64,000 bases of DNA from contig NW_003314264.1 in the NCBI RefSeq assembly GCF_000143415.4, positions 3,523,229 to 3,587,228 of the forward strand. Direction: 5' to 3'. Numbering within the stretch: the first letter of the stretch is position 1; each line of letters starts with the position of its first letter. The stretch is from Selaginella moellendorffii (Eukaryota; Plantae; Lycopodiophyta). Under the pieces are notes generated by a model. It was not told the origin of the DNA and ran no database searches. It saw only the letters and a list, made by a program, of their open reading frames with translations. Both the position numbers and the translations under genes were made by a program. Positions 47,628 to 58,963 of the stretch are shown piece by piece.

Positions 47628-47719
47628 TGGGCGTGGAGCTCTTCCAAGCCTCCATTAGCTTCGTTTTAAGCTATCGATTTTACAGTCTCTCCTAGCTTTC
47701 AAGTAAGTAGATTGAGGTG

Positions 47720-48166
47720 ATGGCGCTCTTCTTCTACGGCAATGACAATGGTGTCTTCGATCCCTTCCTGGAGCTCTCGTCCATCTTGTCCGGCGGCGGC
47801 AACGAGCCCTCCAAGCAGGTAGCCAGGGACGCGAGCGCCGTCGCCAACACCCGCGTGGATTGGCTGGAGACGCCCGACGCCCACGTCTTCAAGGCCGATC
47901 TCCCAGGGCTGAGCAAGGAGGACGTGAAGATCACGGTGGAGCACGGGCGCACGCTCCAGATCAGTGGCGAGAGGAAGATGCACGAGGCCCAGAAGACCGA
48001 CAAGTGGCACCGGGTGGAGCGCCTGTTTGGCAGCTTCATGCGGAAGTTCCGGCTGCCCAAGAACGCCAACACGGAGGCGATCAAGGCCCAGGTGGAGAAC
48101 GGGGTTCTCACTATCGTCGTTCCAAAGACCGCCAAGCCGGAGCCGAAACAAATCCAGGTGGAGTAG
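47720..48166 (+). CDS. Cytosolic class I small heat-shock protein (HSP20/alpha-crystallin)
   Basis: RVDWLETPDAHVFKADLPG...WHRVER..GSFMRKFRLP..IKAQVENGVLTIVVPK. Intronless. Confidence 0.95.
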   Translation: MALFFYGNDNGVFDPFLELSSILSGGGNEPSKQVARDASAVANTRVDWLETPDAHVFKADLPGLSKEDVKITVEHGRTLQISGERKMHEAQKTDKWHRVERLFGSFMRKFRLPKNANTEAIKAQVENGVLTIVVPKTAKPEPKQIQVE

Positions 48167-48433
48167 AGCTCGCGGACGAGAAGAAAAAGGAATCTGAGCT
48201 CTGCCTTGTATAGAGCAGTGTTGGAAACCGTATAGAGCTCGCTTTTCGAGTTTTTAAGATGTCTCCATCCTTGGTTCTCAGAAGATCTTCAGCACCGGAA
48301 CTGGGACTGGAATGCTCGATCGTTCCAAACATCTTCCTCCCAAGATTTAACGAGGCAGCCTCTTCCGCATCTTTCATACTCGATCGTTCCAAACGCATTT
48401 GACAACGTAACTCTTTGGAGGCGGAGCCATCGT

Positions 48434-50632
48434 TCATACTCGATCGCTCCAAGCGTTTTCTTCCAGGTTCGTCCACTCAAAAACAGAGTTTGACATAGCA
48501 GCCTCTTCCAAAGTCTTGGATGTGGAGCCATCGGGGAGAAAGCCTCTCGCCACCATCTCGTCATACATCGCCATCGCCTCGGCGACCCGGCCCCCATGGC
48601 TCATGCTCACGATCAGCTTCCTGTACGCGAAATCGTCCAGCGCAACGCCCTGGCCTCGCATCGCATCCAGCACCATGCAAGCATCGTCCATCCGGTCGCT
48701 CTTGCACAGGCCATCGATGAGCGAAGTATACACCACCACGTTTGGAGCGTGCCTCTTCCTGCTCATCTCCACGACCAGGCTCCACGCGTCGTCCACTCTT
48801 CCCACCCGGCACAGCCCAAAAACCACGCTCCCCAGCGTCACGTCGTTTGGAAAACACCCCCGGCTCGCCATCTCGTCCGCCAAGTCGCAAGCTTCTCTCA
48901 CTCGGTTCGCCTTGCACAGCCCATCGATCAAAGTGTTGTAAGTCACCACGTCGGGGACGTAGCCCCGAGCGACCAAGTCCGAGATCAAGCTCACGGCCTT
49001 GGAGATGCTCCCGTCCTTGATCAGCCCACCGAGAACGATGTTGTACGTGAAGAGCGGCGGAACCATGTTGATGGAGACCATCTCTGCGAGGATTTCCCTG
49101 GCCTTGTGGACGTTCCCGGCCCTGCAGTAGCCGCTCACCAGGCTGCTGTACATCACCACTCCTGTTCTACATCCCCGGACGCTCATCTCTTTGACGAGCT
49201 TGTGAGCCTCTTCAATCTCTCCCGACTTGCACAGGCCGTCGACCAGGCTCGTGTAGGCGATCACGTCGGGAATGTAGCCTTGGCGTACGATCTCTTCCAA
49301 GAGATAGAACGCGACTTGGACTTGTCCCACCCGGCATAGCCCGTTGACGAGGATGGTGTACGTGATCACGTCCGGGAGGATGTTCTCCCGGCACATCTCT
49401 TCCAAAACTTCCAGAGCCCGCGGGAGCATGCCGGCCTTGCAGAAGCCATCGAGCAGGGTATTGAAAGTGACCAAGTCCGGGCTGCAGCTCATGGTTTTGA
49501 GAATCTCGGCTGCCTCGACGACCTTGCCGGCCACACACAGCGCGTGGATGATGCTGTTGTACGTGATCACGTCGGGAACCGGGCCTGCGAGCTTCATGCC
49601 GTCCAAGATCTCGAGAGCTTCTTCAACGTCGCCATCTTTGCAGATCCCGCTCACGAGTATGTTGCAAGTCAGCACGTCGGGGTTGATCCCCGCGGCTTTC
49701 ATCTTCTCTCGGAACGCGCACGCCTCTCGGATCCTGCTAGCTCGGTAGAACGCGTTGATCAGCGTATTGTAAGTCACAATGTCGGGAGCACTCTTCCCTC
49801 CTTTCCGGATCATCTCCTCCAGCAGCTCTCTCGCTTTTTCCAGGTTTCCACTTTTGCACAAGCCACTTATAACCGTGTTGTACGTGACGATTTCCGGCTT
49901 CACTCTCGAGCTCTCCATATTCTCAAATAACTTCACTGCTTGATCCGGATTCCCGTCCTTGAATAGGCCATGAATGAGAACGTTGAAGATGTAAACGTCT
50001 GGAGCAACTGAAAACTCATCGAGCGCGCGGAGAAACTCCAGTGCTCTCATCGCTTGTCCTGCCTTGCAGTTCCCGCGGATCAAAATCTTGAAAGTCACCA
50101 GGTTTGGCGAGCAGCCACTGTGAAGCAAATCCTTGTAGACTTTCCCTGTTCGAAAATGGTGTCCACTCTTGACGAGGATATCCAAAAGATGGTTGTAAGA
50201 GTGGACGTCGTGTTTGTATCCGTCCTGTTCTCCGGCCCAGTCGAAGAACTGGATAGCCAGATCCGGCCTGGAAGATCTTCTCATGACAGCCACGACCACA
50301 TCCGGGTCCAAAAGCCGGGAGCATCCATCCAGGAGCTTCCGAAGATCATCGCCCGGCCTCTTCCTTCTCAGCAGCGACGAGATAAGTTCCACGGAGCTCT
50401 TGTGGATCTCAAACTCTTCCGAGCTGTAAGTCCTGACGTACGCCTGGAGCGCTTCGCTGGAAGAACTCCTCTGGCTGCCGCTGTTGGCTCGAGCCTGGAT
50501 TCGAGAAGCCGCGCCCTTGAATCGGAATGCCGCGAAATGGCCCTTGGCGGAGCACTGGAAGCTGCGTTTGTGATTGTTCTTTGGATTTCTCGCGGCATTT
50601 GGAGATGGATGCTTCCTGCCGAGGCAATCCAT
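48434..50632 (-). CDS. P-class PPR protein (start uncertain; may begin at 50708 via a short intron)
   Basis: Tandem 35-aa motifs PDVITYN.LI.GLCK.G....A..L..EM, and FFDWAGEQDGYKH. Confidence 0.92.
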   Translation of the reverse strand: MDCLGRKHPSPNAARNPKNNHKRSFQCSAKGHFAAFRFKGAASRIQARANSGSQRSSSSEALQAYVRTYSSEEFEIHKSSVELISSLLRRKRPGDDLRKLLDGCSRLLDPDVVVAVMRRSSRPDLAIQFFDWAGEQDGYKHDVHSYNHLLDILVKSGHHFRTGKVYKDLLHSGCSPNLVTFKILIRGNCKAGQAMRALEFLRALDEFSVAPDVYIFNVLIHGLFKDGNPDQAVKLFENMESSRVKPEIVTYNTVISGLCKSGNLEKARELLEEMIRKGGKSAPDIVTYNTLINAFYRASRIREACAFREKMKAAGINPDVLTCNILVSGICKDGDVEEALEILDGMKLAGPVPDVITYNSIIHALCVAGKVVEAAEILKTMSCSPDLVTFNTLLDGFCKAGMLPRALEVLEEMCRENILPDVITYTILVNGLCRVGQVQVAFYLLEEIVRQGYIPDVIAYTSLVDGLCKSGEIEEAHKLVKEMSVRGCRTGVVMYSSLVSGYCRAGNVHKAREILAEMVSINMVPPLFTYNIVLGGLIKDGSISKAVSLISDLVARGYVPDVVTYNTLIDGLCKANRVREACDLADEMASRGCFPNDVTLGSVVFGLCRVGRVDDAWSLVVEMSRKRHAPNVVVYTSLIDGLCKSDRMDDACMVLDAMRGQGVALDDFAYRKLIVSMSHGGRVAEAMAMYDEMVARGFLPDGSTSKTLEEAAMSNSVFEWTNLEENAWSDRV

Positions 50633-50837
50633 CTAGGGTGGAAGGAACATACCTGGACGAGCGAGGGAAAACCAAAACCCTAAACCGCAAGAAGAACTCC
50701 ATGGCCATGCTTTAACCACGTAAGAAGTATTTTGGATATAAACCAGTGGCGAGAGATTTTTTGCCCTCGCCCTCGCGAGAGCGAAAGAGAGGGAGGGCGA
50801 TTTTCAAGGCGGCAATGCTGCCGATTGAGGCAGAGCG

Positions 50838-52315
50838 ATGACGCATTTGCGATCGCATCTGGCGCCATTGCAACAGATTCGTGCTCACGCCGATCCACAG
50901 AAGGTAATGTCGATTCTTCTGACACCGACATTCTCCGGAGAGAGAGAATCTCTTGCGCTTCTCTTGCTCAGTGCTCGCCGCCGAGAATCACTTCCAACGT
51001 CAAGACGAGCTTGAAGCTTCTCACAATGCTCAAGGTACTATAAGCAAGAGAGAGTTTCCTGCTCTCGTGAGAGAGAGTTTCTACCGTGTGATTCTTTCTC
51101 TACGGTATCGTTCTCTTTTCAGGAGCTTGGAAACAACGCAAACAAACAAGCCAAGCCAGCCACAAGCTACAGGAAGAAAAAGGTGGACAAGAAGAGTTTG
51201 CCTGAGGATTTTGAGAGCTACGAGGATCCGGCAACACAAGTGATCGAGTAAGATGTTTGAGCTAGAAGTTTTTCTGGTGAGCTGGGGAATTCTTTCTCAC
51301 GATACTTTCGCTGTGATCCAATCCAGCTGCGGGAAAGAAATTACCATAATTCAACCGGTACTTCTCGTGGATGGATACAACATGTGTGGCGTCTGGCCCA
51401 AGCTAAAGAAACACTTCGCAAGAGGTGATCTTCTCAGTGCGCGAGAGAAGCTTATTGACGAGCTCGTCACCTTCAGCGCAGCAAGAGGTCTCTCTTGTTT
51501 TGTTTTCTCTTCTTTATAACAGCAGCCTCGTTCTAGCTCGCAGGAATGAAAGTGGTGGTTGTTTTCGATGCAAAGGAATCGGGTCTGCCATCACACAGAG
51601 AATCCAGAGCAAGGTAGACTCCACTCGACTTCTTTCTATTCCTTTTGGTTTCTTTTTTTGTCCTCTGGGATTTGATTACGCTTTGTTTCTGCAGTGTTGA
51701 CATCGTGTTTGCGGCCGACGCTTGCGCCGATTCATGGATCGAGCGTGAGGTACTTTTGATGATTCCTACATCATCGCTACATAAATTTCCGCTTTGACTG
51801 ATATCTTTCGGCAGGTCTACTTGTTGAGAGACGACGGCTGCCCCAAGATCAGAGTCGTAACGTCCGATTCCCTTCATCAGCAGGTTGCAAACGGCGCGGT
51901 AAATTCGTGAAAGTCAGAGAACAAAACAATGGCTTATTTTCTGCAAAGATTCTTACTGGTTTTTTTCTCGGGTCTTTGACAGGGTGCGTATGTATGGAGC
52001 TGCAAAGGTTTGATTGGAGAGGTGAGACGCTCAGCTCAGCTTTAAAGCCAATGGCTTTTTAAGTTCCTGAGCGTTTCGGTTTGCTTGTTTAGATCAAGGA
52101 CGTGAGGAAAGAATTGGAGCAGCTGTTACATTCCGACAGGTGATGTTTATATCAGCAAGCGCCTTGAGTCAATCACCCAATCTAACATTGTGACCTTTAG
52201 GCCATACTCGATGAAAGGCAAATTGCTAGAACACAACTTATCTCCCGACGTTTTCACCTCGCTCCAGGCGCTCAAGCAAAGGCTCAAGATGGAAGAAGAG
52301 CTACAAAAAACATAA
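50838..52315 (+). CDS. YacP-like NYN-domain protein (multi-exon, probably organelle-targeted)
   Basis: PPRITSNVK, PVLLVDGYNMCGVWPKLKKHF, MKVVVVFDA, ADSWIERE and VVTSD across short GT-AG introns. Confidence 0.8.
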
Positions 52316-53311
52316 CAAAAACAAAAAGATCCCCCCGGCTAACGGTATATTCCACGCCCGTTAGTTATTGGAGCATATTCCGTCAGCTTGCCCCCAAAGC
52401 CCTAGAATTTTTAGCTGAGCCGGCGCTGGCGGATCCACATCGATCCCCCAGCATTATCCGCGCGCGAATGCGCAACTTGCGACATCCGTGGCAGTAGCAC
52501 AGCAGCGATCATCAATCGCGCAATGAGGAGGTGAGGAAAGAGGGTGAATGCTGAGTGGGCCAAGCCAAGCAAGCAACAAATCGTCAGTGGCGGCAGCTCG
52601 ATTGGTTCCATTCTAGTGGAGCACGGCCACATGCTTCACTGCTGGCTACATCGCTACAGGTCAGCTCCTCTCTGGGCCTGGATCTTCGCATTTCCTACCA
52701 TTGCTTTAATCAAATTCTTGGGTCTTTCTTGTTTGGGGCTTGATATTTCTTACCTTTCGTTCTTGGTGTTCTTGCTTATCAACTATAGTTCTTTCTCTAA
52801 CATTCGCTGTACTCCAGTCCAGCGACTGATTTTATTTTAATATCCTTGCTGGTGGATTCAGAAAGCTGTGTTCCAGTGAATGATTTGTTTTAATCTCCTT
52901 GCTGATGGATTGGCTCGTTCTTTTTCTCCTTGTTTTTTTTTTTTTTTGCTTGGGTCAGGGAATCTCTCGCCTATAAGGAGGAGCTACTTTGTGTGTGTGG
53001 CGCTAGTGCTCGTACAGCACACAGTCAAACATGAGGGTAGCCTCATCATTTTCGGTAAGTTCCCCGTTGGCCCTCTTCTTTTCTCTCCATGGTTTCTTCT
53101 AGGAAGTAGCGACAAGTTCTTGAGCTCACGTTTTCCTTCCGCTCGACTTAACAGGACGGTGTAAGATGGGTGAGCTGCACCAACAGGGCAGTTTTGCCTG
53201 ACCCCTTGAGGCGGCGAAGAAGATGCTCCCGTTTGGAGTGAAGAAGACGGAGATGGCTAGCAGAAAGGAGTGAGGGGCGTTCTTCCTCTCTTTCTCTCCT
53301 GCTCTACAAGC

Positions 53312-55710
53312 ATGGCTAGCGGCTGGAGAAAGGCTAGAATTGCTCTCGGGCTGCATGTTTGCGTCTCGGCTCCGCATGATCCTGATGATGAAGGCGGTGT
53401 CGATGTGGATCAGGCTGCGTCTCCAGCCATGTCCCCTTCTCCTTCTCCCAGATCTGGAGCTCCGAATACTTCTGCAAGGTCTCCCTCTCGTCTCCAGCTG
53501 CTCCGGAGTAGCATTCGTCTCTCTCGGGTATGATCTTTATTTTGTGGAGTCGCAATTTTTGTTTCCTTTTGTTTCTCTTCAGATTCAATTCTCAAAGCCG
53601 ATTTTTTTTTGTTGTTTTCTTTTCCCAGAGTACGTGCTCCATCTGCCTGGAGCCCATGAAGCCCGGACTTGGCCATGCTCTTTTCACAGCCGAGTGCTCT
53701 CATACGTTCCACTTCTCGTGTATTGCGTCCAATGTACGGCATGGAAATCTGGTATGTCCTGTTTGTCGAGCTAGATGGAAGGAGGTTCCTTGGCAGGCTC
53801 CTCCAGAAGCAGGCAAGGATCAAAAGCTTTCGCCGAGACCCAGACCAAGTCTTTCCAGGAACTCTGAGCAGGAAGGGAATAACAACGGAGAGGGTGCTGA
53901 GGTCGGTGACGAAGAATTGAGAAGGCTGGATCCCGTGCTGAGAATTCTAGATGAGTCCATTGCAAGTGCTCGAGGAATCAGAAGGAACAGCACCCCAGAG
54001 CCACAAAGTTTCGATGACGACGAGCCTCTGAGAGTGGACGGAGGTGGGGAATTGAGTGCTGGAGGAGCAGAAAGCAGCGAGTCAGACCTCGTAAATTCGG
54101 ACGATGGCAACCTTGAAGTAACCTGTCACCCCGAAGTCGAGAGCATTTGCTACTCCGAGTCACGAGATGATTTTACGGTACTGGTTCACGTCAAGGCATT
54201 ATCTGGAAACAAGCGGCCAGCAGCTGAGACTGTAAGCACTCAGGCTTTCTCATCAAACACAACTTCTCGAGCTCCAATCGATCTTGTTACAGTCCTGGAC
54301 GTGAGTGGGAGCATGGCTGGGACCAAACTTTTGCTGCTCAAGCAGGCGATGGGCTTCGTCATTCGGAACTTGAGCCCCTCGGACAGGCTTTCGGTGATAG
54401 CGTTTTCGTCAACCGCAAAGCGCTTGTTTCCTCTGCGTCGAATGGTCGAAGATGGCAAGCAACTTGCGCTCCGGGCCATTGACGCGCTAGTCTCGACTGG
54501 AGGAACAAACATTGCGGAAGGCTTGAAGAAAGGTGCCAAGATCTTGGACGACAGGAGGGAACGCAATCCAATCGCAAGTATCATGTTGCTCTCGGACGGC
54601 CAAGACACTCACAGCTTGGGTGCTCGCGCTAATGCCCAGCTATCCAGAGGTGGCAGCTTTCGTCGGGGGCTAGGCTCTGGGAGGCACTTGATGATGCCTT
54701 ATGGAAGCGTCTCGTTTCCAGTCCACACTTTTGGTTTCGGGGCCGACCACGACTCGGCGACGATGCATTCCATAGCCGAGAGCTCGGGTGGTACTTTCTC
54801 CTTCATCCAAGCTGAAACGGCCGTTCAGGATGCCTTCGCTCAGTGCATTGGCGGCCTCCTCAGTGTCGTCGTCCAAGATGCACGGCTCTGCTTCTCCACG
54901 GCGGGGGAGAACCTCCAGGTGAAGAGCGTCCAGGCAGGAAGCTACGAGAGGTCCATCACTGACCAGGGGACCCGCGGCTTTGTCAAACTGGGAGATTTGT
55001 ACGCCGAAGAAGAAAGGGACGTACTTCTGGAGTTCCGCATCCCCATGCTCGAAAGTCCGCTGCTCTCAGCCGGGATCGTCAGTGTCGATTGCTCGTTCAA
55101 GGATCCTGTTCTCCAGAAGCCGGTTCGCACGAGAACCAAGACACTGTCCATAGACCGGCCAGGCAGCGTCAACAGGGAGAACCAAGTGGTGAGCGTGCAG
55201 GTGGATAGGCAAAGGAACAGGATTCGCACCGCGGAGACCATCCTCGAGGCCGGATGCCTGGCGGACAGGGGCGATCTTGTCGGAGCCCAGCAAACGCTCC
55301 AGAGCGCCAAGGTGGCTCTCAGAAACTCGGCCGCGTCGCTTGCCGGCGACCAGCTCTCGAGCGCGCTCGAGTCGGAGCTGACGGAGATCCAGGTGAGGAT
55401 GGCAAACAGGCAAATGTACGAGCGCTCCGGCCGGGCTTACATTCTCTCGGCTCAGAGCTCTCACTTCCGGCAGCGTGCCACTGCTCGGGGCGACTACGTC
55501 GAGTCCCACAGCCGGGACTATCAAACTCCGTCCATGGTGGACATGATCTTGAGGTCCCAGACGCTAACTTTTCCTTTGCCACCGTCGACTCCGCCGGCGG
55601 GTGCTACTGCTCTTCCTCCCGAGAGATCGTCCTCGATCGGCAGCAGGCATTCGTATTCAAGCTCGAGGCGGGCCTCTGGACGCGTTCACGACATCGGAAC
55701 TTCCTTGTAA
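53312..55710 (+). CDS. RING-finger + von Willebrand A domain E3 ligase (WAV3/EDA40-like family); exons 53312-53527, 53629-55710
   Basis: CSICLEPM...ECSHTFHFSCI...CPVCRARW, DLVTVLDVSGSM (MIDAS) and LLSDGQD. Confidence 0.92.
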
Positions 55711-55991
55711 ATATGAAAGAAAAACGAGGTGGTTTTCGGGCATTTAGGATTTTTTAGAAAGGGGAAAGGAATACACCTATCATATCCAAATGTATTTTAG
55801 TACTGCAATCCAACGGTTGTGATTTCTTGCTCTTTAAACTTTTCTTTAATCAAGATTTAATGCTACTTATCAGCGCTCATAAGGGGGAGGCTTTTTATCT
55901 CAGTCAACTCAAAGAAGTGGTAGTCTATCTAAAAAGAAAAGGACATGTTATTCATGTTTGTTTTTTTTTGCTAAGTTTTTCATCATCTAAG

Positions 55992-56062
55992 TGTGATTGG
56001 ACGATATACAAGCTGGAATAGCAAATGTGATTGGACGATATAAAAGCTTAGAATAGCAAATG
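55992..56062. repeat. Tandem duplication of about 34 bp
   Basis: tgtgattggacgatata(c/a)aagct..gaatagcaaatg occurs twice. Confidence 0.8.
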
Positions 56063-56449
56063 CCACGATAGCTGATAAGTTACACCTTGGCTTTTCTCTG
56101 AGCTAACGTCTAAACAAAGATGGCTCATGTAGCCAAACGTTATTTGTCAGTTGCTTTTGGCCTCGCTTTGAAGATCCAAGTTTCCAGGTAATAAAACTTC
56201 AAATCTCTTTTAATGCTCGCATATTTTCTACTATTTGTAGTGCTTTGAGAAGCAAGTCTTGTCTATAAATGCATATCACTGCTGGTTTTTGACCGTGATT
56301 TTGTAAAAAATTATGGAAAATTTTCATTAACCATGATTTCAACACTTCAAATAAATTACAAATTAGTGATATCCCTATCTGGTGGCCAAAATTGTACCAC
56401 CCCACTTTTATTGTCGGAGTAATCTTTCTGGAATTTTTTTGTTGGAATT

Positions 56450-57300
56450 GAGTTGGTCATTTTTCAGATTGCTATTACATTTTTTTACTCGCTCGCGTCG
56501 ACGGGGTAGAAGGCTCGCTTCCACCGGCGGGAGCGATTGTAGGACCGCGAGTGGTCGCACCATGGCTGCCGTATACATGATCATCACCAATCGTATCATG
56601 CGCAGCCATGAGCTCCTAGAAGGACAAAGAAAAAAGAGTATCGTGGATTTGTCTCAGCCTCGCTAAGCTGGCCGATCCTCGTAATCGAAGTTGTCCAGGA
56701 GAAACAAGGATTGCTCGTTGCGCCCGAGCTGAAGCAGCAGCCAGGAGTAGACTAGCTCCAGCAAGATCTTGGTCACGTCCAAGAGATCCAGTAAGTTAAC
56801 TTGGGGTGTTCTGTCACGAGAGAAACAAGCCATCACGCTCGTAGATCCTGGATAACGGTTGGGTTCCTACTCTCCAAAAAAAAACAGAGAGATCCAACTC
56901 TCCAAAACTTACGTGTTAGACGTGCCAGTGTTTCCTCTTGATCCTCCCACTCAGTCGTCGCAGCATTTGCGGCCATCAACTGGAAAGAAAAATCAGAATC
57001 AAACAAGTCTAGAAGGATACCAGAACACTCACCTCGTCCACCTTGGACAGGACGTAGTTGCAGCAGCAAAGTGGCAAAACCCATCCCCTGCTCTCGAAGC
57101 CTACAAAAAAGATCAGCATGGTGATGAAAGAACGTACTCTACCCTATAATCTTTGCCCTTGCTTCTTGGCCATGATTGTGCCAAGGAAAACTCTAGTCCA
57201 AGACCACCTGTGCCATAACCCGTCCCTCAAAGACTAGGCCATCCATCCATGAGCGGGCCTCAAGGAATTTGTAGCGCTCAATCCAGCTCTCGCGCCACTT
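56450..57300 (-). other. Possible spliced gene fragment or pseudogene, product unknown
   Basis: Several short GT...pyrimidine-AG segments on the minus strand, but no coherent ORF could be assembled. Confidence 0.3.
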
Positions 57301-58963
57301 TGTGATGGTGCATTGCTTGCGGATCTTCCTGGCGGCATTGCTCTCCTGCATTTGGCGCTGCTGATCGACCATGAAAACCTGGAAATATTCCCTAATCGTG
57401 CAAAGAACTGATCAATCGTGCAGAGATTTGTCAAGAAAGTGAAGCGCTGACCAAGTGCAGTAGATTTCGGCCGAGAACGCACAGACCGAGAATGCAGCAA
57501 GAGCGGACACGCTTTCTAAAACCCTACCATTATAATGACGTGGCTCATGTCAAGTTTGAACACGTCAGCGCCTAGTTGGATGCATTTAGGGTTCTTCCTC
57601 CCCGCGTGCCCAAAGTGATGCGTAAGCATCGAAATCGTTCTTCCTCGAGCAAGATTCGTTTTTGCAGAGAGTGGTCGGATACAACAGCACAGATGAACTC
57701 AGTCACGAAACCACCAATTATCTCCCATGTTGGAGGCAATCTAAAAGGCAAGCAAGCAGACAAAGGAATGGTAGCTCACAAATTTTGTTCCGTGGAGGGA
57801 TGACCACAAATCCCACAAGATTTATGGTTCAATCAATTCAATTACTTTTACCCACTTTAAGAAACTACAATGTTTGAAATTGGTAGATACACTTTCTAGC
57901 AAAAATCAATCAATCTTTAACAAGGCTTTGAATTTTACCATAATGGGCAAATTACCACAATATATTAAGCTATTTTGGTGTCCCGAAAATGTACAAGAGG
58001 CAATTAAGTAAGTTGTGTAAAATATAGTTGCTTAAATGTATAAATGTTCACCTATTATTTTCTCTCAATTGTGCTCAAAACATTCATTTGCCACAATTTT
58101 CATTGACCTCTCTTTTATGGTTAGCAACATTTGATTTTTATCAGTAACTCTTTTTAAGTCAAGATTCCCTTTACCTTAGCATCATCATCTCATCATAACT
58201 TAAATTCAAACTTACAATATCTAAAAATCCTCTATGATCAATAAAACCACTTCCACTTAACTCTGAGCATTTAGGCTTTTTAAATTAAAAGAAGTTTTAG
58301 AGGTTTCTTTTTACCTCTAAATATGCTTCAATAATTTATATCTATATAAGATAAATAAAATTTCTATTTGTAATAAAATCAAGGAAAACTAGAAGTCAAA
58401 ATCAAGCAAAAAGGTAAAATTAAATCTAAATCATTCAGATTTAAAACTAGTAAAATTACTTAAAAGTCTAGCCTATTCCCATGTTCTTAATTGGCCATAA
58501 TAAAGATACATAGTGTAAGTTCAGATAAACAAGTTCATTTTGTTCAGCTCTATATCAATTTTTTTAGGTTAAGAAAAAATTTGTGGTCTTCCTAGTGATC
58601 AAGAGGAAAGTCAAGGAAAGAGCTAAAAAAGATAAGTATATGTATAAATGGTCCTCTATATTATGCCCTTGCAATGCAATCCTTAAATTGTTGACAATTT
58701 GATAGGGGCCAATGAAGATCAACTCCATAGCTAAACTCTCAATAAAACAATGGGAGCATATGAAAATCATAACAACAACCTTCATTTCCAACAAATTGGC
58801 ATCTTGACAAAAACAATCCTTTTAATTATGTTTATGGAAGCAATTGTCTTCTCATTCAAGATAATGGCATGAGGACATACAATCCAATACTTTTGTAAAA
58901 GCAACTTTCTTTTAGAAAGCAAGCTTATAAATTAGGCAATCATCAATATCTAAAAGAGATATA

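Noticed and set aside
53530-53628. N-terminus MIFILWSRNF of the 726-aa ORF
   Set aside because: It lies inside intron 53528-53628. The real start is at 53312.
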